A stretch of DNA of 64,000 bases from a bacterium (GCA_021847505.1 JAJZEO010000016.1:12177-76176); one strand, 5' to 3'; counted from the first letter of the stretch, positions 25,494 to 35,263 are shown. Program-made: numbers and translations. The notes: generated by a model from the sequence alone, not told the origin.

Positions 25494-27089
25494 ATGAAAA
25501 AGACAAGCATCTCTATCCTTCTTGTGTCAATGGCTGTGATTGGCTGCTCTACTCCTGCGAAAGAAACAAAACGAAAAAGGGGAGGGACAAAACAAGAGAT
25601 CACCATCAACATCGAATCTGAACCAAGCACGATCGATCCTCGAAAGGTCCGCTCTATCAACGATATCAACCTGGTAAGAAACTTGATGGAAGGGTTGATG
25701 CGCGTCAATCAAGCGGGCATTACCGCCCCTGCTATCGCGGAGAAAGTTCAAGTTTCGGAAGACATGAAGAGTTATACCTTCAAGCTGAGAGAATCGAAAT
25801 GGACCAATGGCGATCCTCTTACGGCTCACGACTTTGTCTATGCGTGGAAAAAAATTCTCTCTCCTGATTTTCTCTCTGACTACGCATTCATGCTTTATCC
25901 GATTAAAAATGCCAAATCTGTCAAACAGGGACTATTGCCATCCACCATGCTTGGTGTCGAAGCCAAGGATGATTACACATTAAAGGTCGATCTTGAGTTT
26001 CCTGTCCCCTTCTTTTTGGAATTGGTGACATCTCCTGCCTTCTTTCCGGTCAACAAACTCGTCGATAGCGAAGATCCTAACTGGAGTCGATCCCCTGAAA
26101 CCTACGTCGGCAATGGACCTTTCCAACTTGTCGAGTGGAGACACAACGATCAAATCATTGCAGTCAGAAATCCTTCTTATTGGGAATCCGATACCGTCTC
26201 GCTTGAAAGAATCAACATGGTCATGGTCGATTGCGAAACAGGTATTCGCATGTTTGAGAATGGCGAACTTGCCTGGGAAGGGTCTCCCTTCTCGATCATT
26301 CCCCTTGATTCAATTCAAGACCTCCAAGCGAAACATTTGATTCAGACTGATCCGATGTTGGGGACATTTTGGATCCGAACAAACACCTCTCTCTTCCCCT
26401 TGCACAACCCCAAAATTCGTAGAGCCTTGGCACTTGCCATCGATCGAAAAGAGATCGTCGATCACGTCTCTTTGGGTCAGTTGCCCGCAACAGGGATCGT
26501 TCCTCTCTCTATGGGACTCCAGACAACCCCTTACTTTGAAGATGGAAGCCAACAAGAAGCTGTAGCCTTACTCGAAGTAGCCCTTGCAGAGGACCGTCTT
26601 TCTCTTGAAAAGCTTCCTGAATTAACTCTCACTTATGCAAGCGACAACCGCTGTCACCGCGTCGCACAGGCAATTCAAGACCAGTGGGTAAAAGGACTAG
26701 GAATCAGAGTTAAACTCGAGCCTCTTGAGAAGAAAGTCTATTTCAGTCGTCTTTCCAAGGGTGATTTTCAGCTCGCTTGCGGATCTTGGATTGCTGATTT
26801 TCGCGACCCCATCAACTTTCTCGAAGTATTCAAAACAAAAAGCGTTGGCACAAATAATACGTTTTGGGAATCTCTCGATTATCAGAAAGCAATCAATGAT
26901 TCTTATTTAGCCACATCAGAGACTGAAAGACTCAATGCTTTGCGACATGGTGAAGAAATCTTGATGGAAGAAATGCCTGTCATCCCTATCTTTCACTACA
27001 CGATGCTCCATGTGAAACATGAAAAGCTTTGCGATGTTGTTCTCACCGAAGGGGGACAAATCGACTTTAAGTGGGCCTATGTTAAGTAA
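25494..27089 (+). CDS. oppA: ABC transporter peptide-binding lipoprotein (SBP family 5)
   Basis: 531 aa. Lipobox 'AVIGCS'. Family-5 solute-binding architecture ('WTNGDPLTAHDFVYAWK', 'GNGPFQLVEW'). Confidence 0.85.
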   Translation: MKKTSISILLVSMAVIGCSTPAKETKRKRGGTKQEITINIESEPSTIDPRKVRSINDINLVRNLMEGLMRVNQAGITAPAIAEKVQVSEDMKSYTFKLRESKWTNGDPLTAHDFVYAWKKILSPDFLSDYAFMLYPIKNAKSVKQGLLPSTMLGVEAKDDYTLKVDLEFPVPFFLELVTSPAFFPVNKLVDSEDPNWSRSPETYVGNGPFQLVEWRHNDQIIAVRNPSYWESDTVSLERINMVMVDCETGIRMFENGELAWEGSPFSIIPLDSIQDLQAKHLIQTDPMLGTFWIRTNTSLFPLHNPKIRRALALAIDRKEIVDHVSLGQLPATGIVPLSMGLQTTPYFEDGSQQEAVALLEVALAEDRLSLEKLPELTLTYASDNRCHRVAQAIQDQWVKGLGIRVKLEPLEKKVYFSRLSKGDFQLACGSWIADFRDPINFLEVFKTKSVGTNNTFWESLDYQKAINDSYLATSETERLNALRHGEEILMEEMPVIPIFHYTMLHVKHEKLCDVVLTEGGQIDFKWAYVK

Positions 27090-27720
27090 GAGATTATTGT
27101 TAAGATTTTTTGCTATGGTGCTTCCCGGGTGCTTAAGCGCTGCCTCTTTGACTTTGATTAATGATTCTGCATTTCCCTTACGTGCTACCATTATGAATGC
27201 CATGGGTAGCAATGTAGGAAATGTGACCTTATCCCCTGGACAAAGCTATATCTGGTACGACGAAGATGGTTCTTTCCGTCCCCTTGCAGGAGCAACGACA
27301 ACTCCCTACACCGTCAGGTGGCTCTGTCCGTCAGCAAGGCCTTATGATTACAACGTAGCAAAGAGGAAAAAAGGGCAAAAAACCCCTCCCAAATACCAAA
27401 ATGAATATGGTACATGGGATGGCGTACCCTCCACAGCGACGGTGAACGCCCAAGGATGCAACAATGGACAGAAAACTTGCGTGATTAAGAAAAATCAAGT
27501 CCCGCCAAAGAAACCTCCTGTTTATGTACACGCAGCGCCCAAGAGACACCCCAACGGGAAGCCACCCAGTATCGCTTCCGATGGTTATGGCCGATTCACT
27601 AACGATGGTGGCCTCACTTGGACAAATGATGGTGGAGACCCTTTTGCTGACTTCAGCGACAGAGTGGAGGCTCCTGAAGAAGATGACGGCACACTTTCCA
27701 CTGAGCTACTCCAACAATAA
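27079..27720 (+). CDS. Secreted Pro/Lys-rich hypothetical protein
   Basis: The track ORF 27019..27720 is trimmed to the ATG at 27079, giving signal peptide MLSKRLLLRFFAMVLPGCLSAAS. Contains a 'PPKKPPVYVHAAPKRHPNGKPPS' tract. Overlaps the oppA stop by 11 nt. Confidence 0.45.
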   Translation: MLSKRLLLRFFAMVLPGCLSAASLTLINDSAFPLRATIMNAMGSNVGNVTLSPGQSYIWYDEDGSFRPLAGATTTPYTVRWLCPSARPYDYNVAKRKKGQKTPPKYQNEYGTWDGVPSTATVNAQGCNNGQKTCVIKKNQVPPKKPPVYVHAAPKRHPNGKPPSIASDGYGRFTNDGGLTWTNDGGDPFADFSDRVEAPEEDDGTLSTELLQQ

Positions 27721-27820
27721 TCCAGTTTTATAAATTCCACCTAAGCTTCAGCTTGTTATGAGAATATCCTACACTTCCATATAATTATTTATAGGCAAAC
27801 TCTCAAAAAGGAGGATATTT

Positions 27821-28042
27821 ATGGGAAAAGCCAACGGTTCATCTTGTCAAAATGCTAATTCTGATCCAGGTTGTGATTGCGCGGATTACATATTTAATTC
27901 TTGTGTTATTCGTAACTTGCTTCCATTGAACCAATTAATTGGTAAGCAGTTTACTTCTGATGACTTTGGTAGCTTGGTTGGAAATATAAATAGCTGCATC
28001 GCTAATGCCTATGAATGCTGGCCTCCTTGCAAAGGCTGTTAA
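27821..28042 (+). CDS. Small cysteine-rich protein (73 aa, 8 Cys), no signal peptide
   Basis: Strong SD AAGGAGG (27808-27814) lies 6 nt before the ATG. TATAAT at 27780-27785. A perfect terminator hairpin follows. Cys pattern: C..CxC..C....C..CxxxCxxC. Confidence 0.6.
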   Translation: MGKANGSSCQNANSDPGCDCADYIFNSCVIRNLLPLNQLIGKQFTSDDFGSLVGNINSCIANAYECWPPCKGC

Positions 28043-28060
28043 TAAAACTCATGCTTTTTA

Positions 28061-28090
28061 TCCCCTTTGATTCATCAAAGGGGACTTTTT
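28061..28090 (+). terminator. Rho-independent terminator
   Basis: Perfect 10-bp stem tcccctttga/tcaaagggga with loop ttca, followed by cttttt. It lies between convergent genes. Confidence 0.8.
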
Positions 28091-28664
28091 AGAAGATGAC
28101 TCCCACAGAGGCAATGATGGGGACTCTGAACCCATCTTGGGGATGGAAGTTATCTGATTCATAGTAGCGAATGGTTTTGAGGTCGACACTAAATCCTCTC
28201 GACTCGCCAATGTCCATACCTACGCCGAAGAAATTTTGAAAGAGGATGTTCGATTTAAATTGCATATTGGCGAAGCTATCTTTTGAGATAATAGTGGGCC
28301 CTAGAAGAGAGTATTCGAAATAGGGGTGGAAAAAAAGGAGATGGAAAACCCAGAGTCTTCCAGAAAGGAAGGCCGATCCTGTCACAAGCTGCTCTAGGCC
28401 AGATTCCCAACGACCAACATTCCCCCCAATGTGGAGAGAAACAGTCCCTAATGCATCAAGTATGGTGTATTCGTAAAGAGCCATGACGCCTCTATCGACT
28501 CCCACATCTCTACGAGAACGCATAAAATTCGGTGTTCGGGGCATTTGTGTGGTGATTCTATCATCATCATAGTAACTGAAGTGAAGCACTTGTCTTGAAG
28601 GGAAGGCTTGAATGGCCGACTGGACTGCACAAAAACATAGAGCAAGGGTTGCGATTTTTTTCAT
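28089..28664 (-). CDS. Small outer-membrane beta-barrel protein (OmpW/PagL-like?)
   Basis: 191 aa with signal peptide MKKIATLALCFCAVQSAIQA, alternating hydrophobic strands and a C-terminal '...VGVIF'. Confidence 0.4.
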   Translation of the reverse strand: MKKIATLALCFCAVQSAIQAFPSRQVLHFSYYDDDRITTQMPRTPNFMRSRRDVGVDRGVMALYEYTILDALGTVSLHIGGNVGRWESGLEQLVTGSAFLSGRLWVFHLLFFHPYFEYSLLGPTIISKDSFANMQFKSNILFQNFFGVGMDIGESRGFSVDLKTIRYYESDNFHPQDGFRVPIIASVGVIF

Positions 28665-28672
28665 TCATTCTC

Positions 28673-29233
28673 CTAAACTAAGCAAAGTTCATCCATCGGT
28701 ACATCATGTTCGGTCATGGGAAAAATCTTTGATGACAGTTGTTCCCTAAATCCAATTCCGATTTTAAAGATTGTTGGATTTGCTTGCAAGAAGCGATCGA
28801 AATGCCCAAAGCCAAAGCCGATACGATTCTTTTGGCTATCAAAAGCAACGCCGGGGATCAAAGCCACTTCACAATGTTCGGTAAAGAGATGAACATCGGG
28901 ATCGGGCTCAAGAAAGCCATGCGCTCCCTTTATCAGAGATATTTTGGGATCTTCAATCGAATAGAGCCGAATTTCATGAAATTCGATTCTAGACAAAATT
29001 AAGGCCCTTCTTAAAGCTAATTGTTCATTGACCAAACTCATATCGACTTCATCTTTGAGAGGAATATATGAAAGAACCGCTTTGTACTTTTCTAATCGCG
29101 ATTCAATGAGAGGCCAAATCATCTCTCTTGCCTCCTCGCGTCTCTGTTTGTTGATCGCCTTGCGAATCTTTAGAAAATGGCCACGTAACTCTTCTTTATC
29201 CATCATTTTTGGGAAGGCCTTCATGATAGTCAA
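28673..29233 (-). CDS. 5-formyltetrahydrofolate cyclo-ligase
   Basis: 186 aa. 'LIPGVAFDSQKNRIGFGFGHFDRFL' matches the 5-FTHF cyclo-ligase C-terminal signature. The start is probably an internal Met (about 29206). Confidence 0.8.
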   Translation of the reverse strand: MTIMKAFPKMMDKEELRGHFLKIRKAINKQRREEAREMIWPLIESRLEKYKAVLSYIPLKDEVDMSLVNEQLALRRALILSRIEFHEIRLYSIEDPKISLIKGAHGFLEPDPDVHLFTEHCEVALIPGVAFDSQKNRIGFGFGHFDRFLQANPTIFKIGIGFREQLSSKIFPMTEHDVPMDELCLV

Positions 29234-30470
29234 TTTTTCTCACGAACTTGCCGTCGGGATCAAAAATAGTCGCAACGCCAGACCCGCTGACAACGCGAGA
29301 AACAGGAACATCTTCTCCCCATTTGAGATACTTTCCATTGATCAATTTGTCATTTTCGTATTCTTCCACCATCATCAATGTTCCATCTTTATACCAGGCG
29401 AGCAGCATTCCGTTTTTTTTGTTGTTGAGGATCTCCTTTTCGCTTTCTAGTGTGCCATTTTCATACCAAGTGCGGACTGTTCCATGGATTTCATCATCAT
29501 GCCAATTGAGGTGGAGCATGGGTTGAAGCGTTTGCCCTGCATCTTGTGAATCGTAATAACACCACTCTTCCCCTTCTTTTTTCCCTTGAGAGACATGATA
29601 AACTGTTTCAAGGGTTCCATTTTCGCGGTAGAGCTTCACTTCTCCTTCTGGCATTCCACTCACAAACTCTCTTTCTTCGACCAAGCGTCCATTTTCAAAG
29701 ATCGGCCTAATTCCATTACCACCCTCGATCTCAGAAATCAGCTTGTGACTAAAATCCCAATACTTCCCACTTAAGAGCTCCCCTTTTCGAAACAACTCCT
29801 CCCTTTTTGGAACAAATTCATTCCCCTTAAACTCGCTGATACCATCTTTTTTGCCGTTAGCATAGTCAGTACGTCCGATGATTTCTCCATCAGCACTATA
29901 AACCTGCACGACTCCTTCGATCTGGTTATTCTTATAAGGGACAATCTTGGAGATAGTTCCATTGGGATGGTAATAGACTGACCTGTCATCGAGAAGCCCC
30001 TTTTTGTAATTAATTTCGGCCATAAGATGCCCCTCTCCATCCCAAACATGGCTTTTCCCATCAAAGACCCAGCTTGATTGAGCTCGTAAGGATAAATCCC
30101 CCATCCCCTCAATCACTTTAGTGTACATCCTTTTCACACCCGTAGGATACCATTCGATGTAGTCACCGCAGGCTCTGCCATTGACCGTTTCTAAGTATTG
30201 CCAAATTTGTCCGTTGTCATGATAGGTGGTGATCTTTGTTTGAGAAGTTCCATCACGGCCTTTTTCATAGGTTCTTACTACTTTTCTATAAGGCTGGGCA
30301 GTGAGAAAGTCTGTCTTCTCGTAGCTTTCTGTCCTTTCACGATTGCTAATCGTTTCTTGAACTCCATTGCGGTCATAAAGTTGAATTGCTGCAAGACCTT
30401 GCTGGGACTGGGTGTGTGACCCACAACCTACGAGCATTAGAGATGATATTATGATGGCTATCTTTTTCAT
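29196..30470 (-). CDS. MORN-repeat (YwqK-like) lipoprotein
   Basis: 424 aa. Lipobox 'LMLVGCG'. More than 10 repeats of the 'G....Y..NG.l......k.G...G' type. Confidence 0.7.
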   Translation of the reverse strand: MKKIAIIISSLMLVGCGSHTQSQQGLAAIQLYDRNGVQETISNRERTESYEKTDFLTAQPYRKVVRTYEKGRDGTSQTKITTYHDNGQIWQYLETVNGRACGDYIEWYPTGVKRMYTKVIEGMGDLSLRAQSSWVFDGKSHVWDGEGHLMAEINYKKGLLDDRSVYYHPNGTISKIVPYKNNQIEGVVQVYSADGEIIGRTDYANGKKDGISEFKGNEFVPKREELFRKGELLSGKYWDFSHKLISEIEGGNGIRPIFENGRLVEEREFVSGMPEGEVKLYRENGTLETVYHVSQGKKEGEEWCYYDSQDAGQTLQPMLHLNWHDDEIHGTVRTWYENGTLESEKEILNNKKNGMLLAWYKDGTLMMVEEYENDKLINGKYLKWGEDVPVSRVVSGSGVATIFDPDGKFVRKIDYHEGLPKNDG

Positions 30471-30474
30471 GTGT

Positions 30475-31185
30475 CTAACATCCTCGTTGTAAAATTTCCA
30501 TGTCTACTGAAAAGACTTTATTGTGGTTATCTTGCGGTTTTAAAGATAAGTCAAATTTAGTAATCACCAAAAGAGGTCGAAGGGGGTTGGGAAGGTATTT
30601 GTCGATTTTCACCCCTTCAACTCTGCCTAGAATTTTCTTAACGTCTTCGCAATTCATTTCGACGGGTCTTCGCAGTTGCCACAATTTTTCTTTGTAAAAA
30701 TCCCCTCTTTTCTCGGTCGTTTGATGAAAAATCATTTTATTGCTCTCTCCGGTAAGAAACGCGATTCTCTCATTAATCGGCTTGTATTCGGCGTATTCTT
30801 CATTGTTCGAAATCTTCTTTAAGAGCTGGATGTCCCTTGAAAGTAGCACCTCTGTTTCTATGTAATTGGCAAGAAAGCTTTCATCTGCTCCTCCAAATTC
30901 CCGCAAGAAAAAATCGCGTTCTTTCTGTGCTTTTGCTACAGCACGTGCATTGTATTCTAGTGCTCTCAACCGACTATCGAGCTCTTTTGCTCTCTCTGTC
31001 ATTGTGTGATTAAAGAAGAGAATAAACAAAAGCGGCAAAAAGCATATCCCAATAAGCACCCAAGCAAGATATGATCTAGCAACCCAAGTGGGCCCGAGCA
31101 ATAGATTACAACACCTTTGCACACTCCTCTTAATCGCCCTTCTAATATGGCTAAGAGAGAATCTTGAATGTAAAATCGGCTGCAT
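30475..31185 (-). CDS. Membrane-anchored hypothetical protein
   Basis: 236 aa with a single TM helix (YLAWVLIGICFLPLLFILFF). Overlaps the upstream gene by 35 nt, so it is probably co-transcribed. Confidence 0.4.
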   Translation of the reverse strand: MQPILHSRFSLSHIRRAIKRSVQRCCNLLLGPTWVARSYLAWVLIGICFLPLLFILFFNHTMTERAKELDSRLRALEYNARAVAKAQKERDFFLREFGGADESFLANYIETEVLLSRDIQLLKKISNNEEYAEYKPINERIAFLTGESNKMIFHQTTEKRGDFYKEKLWQLRRPVEMNCEDVKKILGRVEGVKIDKYLPNPLRPLLVITKFDLSLKPQDNHNKVFSVDMEILQRGC

Positions 31186-32713
31186 ATTCTTCTGCCTGTT
31201 TAGTCATTGTACTTGTTTCAATAAACTTTGCGCCACTCTCCAAGAGTTTATTGATAAATGTCTGAGCAACTTCCTCTGAATTTGACGTAAAAATCAACGT
31301 AAACTTCACCAGGTAGTCTCTGTCTGAGTTCTCAATAGTTGGATATGAGACCAATTCATAATGGACCTGTCTTAATTCCATCTCCTGCGATAAGTGAGGG
31401 TAAATCCACTCAAACGTTTGATAAACCTGAATGGGAGGATGAGAAAGCAAATTCTCTTTTTTAACTGTCTTTAATCCTTTGACTAATTCGTGGATCCCTT
31501 GATTGATTTCCTCCCTTCCCACAAAGGTCTTTTCTAGAAAGGGAAACTTGTCAATATCGGCGTTGGTCAACTGTACGATTCGAGCAAAACGGTCCTTCAA
31601 TCCAATTTCTCTTTTGATATGATAGGCGACAACAGCTGATAGAGCCAGGACCGAACTAAGACAGGAGAGGGCTACCACCATTGCTGCCTTCCTTTTAACT
31701 TTGGAAAAAAGCCTTGTTGGTACAAAGCTCCCTACTCGCAATTGAAGTGTCTCCTCATCCCTTTGTAAGCAATCTAGTGCAAGACCAATTTCGATAGCAT
31801 AGGCAGAAATTTCTTTAGTTTCATACTCCAAATGGGGAACTATGTCGATACACTCACCAGGAAATAGCTCCAGCCAGCCAGAAATCTTTTTGATAATTTC
31901 TGTATAACCAGTAAAGATCACTCCCTTATTCTCACCTAGGCTGCCCTGCCTCCTAAGAAATTCTATACTTCGATAGATCTGGCTTTGAACTTCAAAAAGG
32001 ATCTGCCCCACCTCAGAATCTGTCCCTTGGTTTTGTGCACATCGCTCAATTTCTAGCTCTAAAAATTCAAGGCTCACCTCTTCAGCGGTTGTTAAATTGT
32101 CTTTTAAGGCGTCGATTAGGTTTTTTAGTCCTAGGGGTATGGTGGTAGAAAACACTTCATCCCCCTGAACTACAGCCATTAAATAGGACCGTGCCCAACC
32201 AAAATGAAAGAGGACATAATTGTCCGTTTGCGCCCCGAATGTCTCCGCAAAACGTCTTAGAGCTCGGGGAACTGTCGAAACCCAGTCCGGATTAAAACCA
32301 AAGGTCTTTACATTTTGAATATGCTCATCCATCGTTTCATTCAAAAAACTATACAAATGGATTTTCGATGCTTTCGGCATTTTTTTGATCATGCACAAGG
32401 TTGTCGAATATTCTTGAGAGAAGGGCAATATCGACTCTAATTGAAAGGGAAGAGCTTTCATCACTGCCCCTTTCCTCTTCAAGGGGAGCTCTAATTGTCT
32501 CGAAAATACCTGTTCTGGTCCTAAAGCGGAGACAACCTCAAACGAAACCTCCCTATTATTTGTAACTGCGTCAATTTTTCTTTTAAGCTGATTGAGATCG
32601 GTGATCTCTTTACGAAGATCGTTGATGAATTCGATCTTCATCTTCTTTCCCTTCTGGCTCAAGAGAGCCACTTTGAAATAATCTCCATCGGGATGTATGC
32701 TGAGGATGTACAT
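31151..32713 (-). CDS. PilM/GspL-like bitopic membrane protein (uncertain)
   Basis: 520 aa. The N-terminal ~330 aa are cytoplasmic, starting 'MYILSIHPDGDYFKVALL' (actin-like/PilM-type beginning). One TM helix (AAMVVALSCLSSVLALSAVVAY) and a C-terminal periplasmic domain. Confidence 0.3.
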   Translation of the reverse strand: MYILSIHPDGDYFKVALLSQKGKKMKIEFINDLRKEITDLNQLKRKIDAVTNNREVSFEVVSALGPEQVFSRQLELPLKRKGAVMKALPFQLESILPFSQEYSTTLCMIKKMPKASKIHLYSFLNETMDEHIQNVKTFGFNPDWVSTVPRALRRFAETFGAQTDNYVLFHFGWARSYLMAVVQGDEVFSTTIPLGLKNLIDALKDNLTTAEEVSLEFLELEIERCAQNQGTDSEVGQILFEVQSQIYRSIEFLRRQGSLGENKGVIFTGYTEIIKKISGWLELFPGECIDIVPHLEYETKEISAYAIEIGLALDCLQRDEETLQLRVGSFVPTRLFSKVKRKAAMVVALSCLSSVLALSAVVAYHIKREIGLKDRFARIVQLTNADIDKFPFLEKTFVGREEINQGIHELVKGLKTVKKENLLSHPPIQVYQTFEWIYPHLSQEMELRQVHYELVSYPTIENSDRDYLVKFTLIFTSNSEEVAQTFINKLLESGAKFIETSTMTKQAEEYAADFTFKILS

Positions 32714-32764
32714 GTGCGTATTTTAATCCATGACGAAAATGATTGCCAGCGTTAAAATACCTCC

Positions 32765-33013
32765 ATGATCAAGACAATTGTGCACTCTCTCTTCGTTCTT
32801 TATACTCTGCTTCTCTTCGGGAGGATCGCTATTTCCTGGTTTCCCCAATTTCAAGGTTCCTCAGCTAATCGCTTTCTCATCCTCTATACTGAGCCTTACC
32901 TCGCTGTTTTTCGAAAAGTGATTCCCCCTATTGGAGGAATGCTAGACCTCTCTCCTCTTTTTGCCTTTTTTGCCCTACGCATCGCCGAATCACTGATCAT
33001 GAGATGCCTATGA
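32765..33013 (+). CDS. YggT-family membrane protein
   Basis: 82 aa with two hydrophobic helices. 'YTEPYLAVFRKVIPPIGGMLDLSPL' matches the YGGT motif. Confidence 0.75.
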   Translation: MIKTIVHSLFVLYTLLLFGRIAISWFPQFQGSSANRFLILYTEPYLAVFRKVIPPIGGMLDLSPLFAFFALRIAESLIMRCL

Positions 33014-33981
33014 ACTTCATCAAACCTCTCCAAATTGGCACTCTTAAATTAAAAAATAATATTGCTTTCTCCCCCCTTGCCGGTTGCACCGATCTCCCTT
33101 ACCGAAGAGTCGTTAACCTCTATCGACCAGCCCTGTTTTTCTGCGAAATGGTGAAGATGGATGCCTTGACCAGGCACGACAAAGGGACCTATCGCATCCT
33201 CAGTTACACACACGACATGCACCCCATCGGCGCTCAAATTGTCGGTAGCAAACCCAAATTAGCTAGAGAAGCTGCTAAGATCATTGAAGACCTCGGCTTT
33301 GACATCATCGACCTCAATTGCGGATGCCCCGTCGACAAAGTGACAAAAGATTGCGGAGGTTCAGGCCTCTTAAAACAGCCCAACTTGATTGGCGAAATTC
33401 TTTCTGAAATGCTTTCGGTCGTAAAAATCCCTGTTACATGCAAAATTCGGGTAGGTTGGGACGACCAAAATATCGTGGCTCCCCAGGTAACAAGGATTGC
33501 CGAAGAAGCCGGCGCAAAAGCAATTTTTGTCCATGGTCGAACCCGAGAGCAAGGCTATAAGGGATTGGCCAATAGACAACTTATTAAAGCTTGTGTTGAC
33601 GCAAGAAAAGTAATGCCCGTCTTTGGTAATGGCGACATTTTTGATACTGAGAGCGCCAAAGACATGTTTGTAACCACTGGCTGTGATGGGATTCTAATCT
33701 CAAGAGGCACCCTAGGAGCTCCTTGGATCGCCTCTCTCATAGAGGCAGAGTTGTCAGGGGGGAATTTTGCTCACCCGATCGATGATGACTTCATAAAAGA
33801 CCTGCTTGAAAAGCATTTTGCCTACTCAAAATCATTCAATGATGACCGAAAGACCCTGGTTGATATGCGTAAAGTCACTACGTGGAGCTACAAGACTCGG
33901 CCCCAAATCGCCGAATTCCGCGACCGGGTAAATGAAGCAAAAACCTTGGACCAACTGACTGCCCTCATCAACACCAGATAG
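33004..33981 (+). CDS. dusB: tRNA-dihydrouridine synthase
   Basis: 325 aa. Motifs 'SPLAGCTDLPYR', 'DLNCGCP' and 'IFVHGRTREQGYKG' are Dus-family signatures. Confidence 0.9.
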   Translation: MPMNFIKPLQIGTLKLKNNIAFSPLAGCTDLPYRRVVNLYRPALFFCEMVKMDALTRHDKGTYRILSYTHDMHPIGAQIVGSKPKLAREAAKIIEDLGFDIIDLNCGCPVDKVTKDCGGSGLLKQPNLIGEILSEMLSVVKIPVTCKIRVGWDDQNIVAPQVTRIAEEAGAKAIFVHGRTREQGYKGLANRQLIKACVDARKVMPVFGNGDIFDTESAKDMFVTTGCDGILISRGTLGAPWIASLIEAELSGGNFAHPIDDDFIKDLLEKHFAYSKSFNDDRKTLVDMRKVTTWSYKTRPQIAEFRDRVNEAKTLDQLTALINTR

Positions 33982-34006
33982 GAGCAAAGGCAAGGGCAGG
34001 GGCAAG
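33982..34006 (+). repeat. G-rich hexamer repeat copy 1 (25-mer gagcaaaggcaagggcaggggcaag)
   Basis: It occupies 25 of the 26 nt between the dusB stop (33981) and the stop of the convergent OMP gene (34008). Identical to 43771-43795. Confidence 0.9.
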
Positions 34007-34007
34007 T

Positions 34008-35144
34008 TTAATAGAGTGCTGTGAGGGAGATGGCGAAACCCTGTAACGTTACATTATTTGTGGGTCGCATGTAGCGCACTGTCGCATAAGGCTCTATTTC
34101 AAAGGCATTTGACCTGCTCGAAAAGAATTGCGCATCATAAGTAAAATCACAGGAAAGATGGGTTTTGTTTTTACAAATGTAATCGGCAACGCCTACGCCA
34201 ATTTTACAATCAATGGTAGGAGCTAAGTATTGCATTTTCTCAAAGAGATTGATGGCCGCATTCGAGTTGTTGTTTTGTGTTTCTGCATAGGAAGAACGGT
34301 TGGCAATGCACTCTAAGGAAATGTCTCCTGCCCCAAGGAAATAAAAGTTGTCGAAGATCAACCATTTCGTCACGACGCCTCCTAGAGGACCAATCCCCCA
34401 ATAGTCATTATTTTGGCGAACATTGACGAAATTATTCCCTAGTGTTGCCCCCCCTGTGTAAGAAGAGGATTGGTTGTTTTTGATCCAGGTATTTCGTAAT
34501 CCGAGAATCGCTTGTATCAATAGATTTTCGTGAAAGTGAAATTGCTTCGTGAGGCTAACGTCTAGTTCGTTGAGTGTAAAGGCTGCGGCTGAAATCGCAT
34601 TTGTTACACTCCTTCCATTTAAGGCGACGCTGCGCAATGGAATTAGGGTGCCGGCATCGTCACCAGCAACGCTTTGCGTTTGGTTGTCATTGAAATATTG
34701 ATAGGTGGCGCACACATTCCAATCATAATGATAGAATTGTGCTGCCCCGCCGACAGCAAAAGCCCACGTCCACTTTCGTGTGACCGATTCCCCCTGGCCA
34801 TTAAGAATGGGTGGTGAGACACCAGACCCATTTTTCGAGTAGGCAAAGGACTCTTCGCCACTACTTACCCTGTATAAGTGAAGCGAAAGGTAGCCCGTCC
34901 AAGGATAACATTCTGTATCCAACCAATGTATATCCGATCCCAGCGGCTCATAGAATCTCTCTTGATACCCTACTGTTTTCTCTTCCTGTAAAAGACCACC
35001 ATCATTTCCTGACAAAGGAAGAAGGGAGCAAAAAAGGGCGATGAAAACAACAACTGCGATCGCAACTACACCAGCCCACAAAGGGACCGCGCGTAACCGC
35101 AATAACCTTTTCATACCATCAACCTGTGGCAATAATAAAGGCAT
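34008..35144 (-). CDS. MOMP/porin-like outer-membrane beta-barrel protein
   Basis: 378 aa. Signal/anchor segment, alternating beta-strand pattern, C-terminal '...ISLTALY'. A paralogue is adjacent. The start may be Met11. Confidence 0.55.
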   Translation of the reverse strand: MPLLLPQVDGMKRLLRLRAVPLWAGVVAIAVVVFIALFCSLLPLSGNDGGLLQEEKTVGYQERFYEPLGSDIHWLDTECYPWTGYLSLHLYRVSSGEESFAYSKNGSGVSPPILNGQGESVTRKWTWAFAVGGAAQFYHYDWNVCATYQYFNDNQTQSVAGDDAGTLIPLRSVALNGRSVTNAISAAAFTLNELDVSLTKQFHFHENLLIQAILGLRNTWIKNNQSSSYTGGATLGNNFVNVRQNNDYWGIGPLGGVVTKWLIFDNFYFLGAGDISLECIANRSSYAETQNNNSNAAINLFEKMQYLAPTIDCKIGVGVADYICKNKTHLSCDFTYDAQFFSSRSNAFEIEPYATVRYMRPTNNVTLQGFAISLTALY

Positions 35145-35208
35145 TAACTATGCCTTTTGTTTCTCTAATAATTATGATGGGAATTAAATGAAAGGTTTAA
35201 TTGAAAAT

Positions 35209-35232
35209 AAAAAAGCTCCTCATTTGAGGAGC
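35209..35232 (-). terminator. Rho-independent terminator of the OMP gene 35264..36412
   Basis: The minus strand reads GCTCCTC-AAAT-GAGGAGC followed by TTTTTT, 32 nt downstream of the stop. Confidence 0.75.
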
Positions 35233-35263
35233 CCGGGAAACTAACCAAACAAACATAGGAAAT

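Noticed and set aside
27821-28042. The small Cys-rich ORF as a RiPP precursor (SCIFF or ranthipeptide-like).
   Set aside because: No radical-SAM maturase, protease or exporter gene is adjacent, and the neighbours are an unrelated secreted protein and an OMP. It is kept only as an uncharacterised Cys-rich protein.
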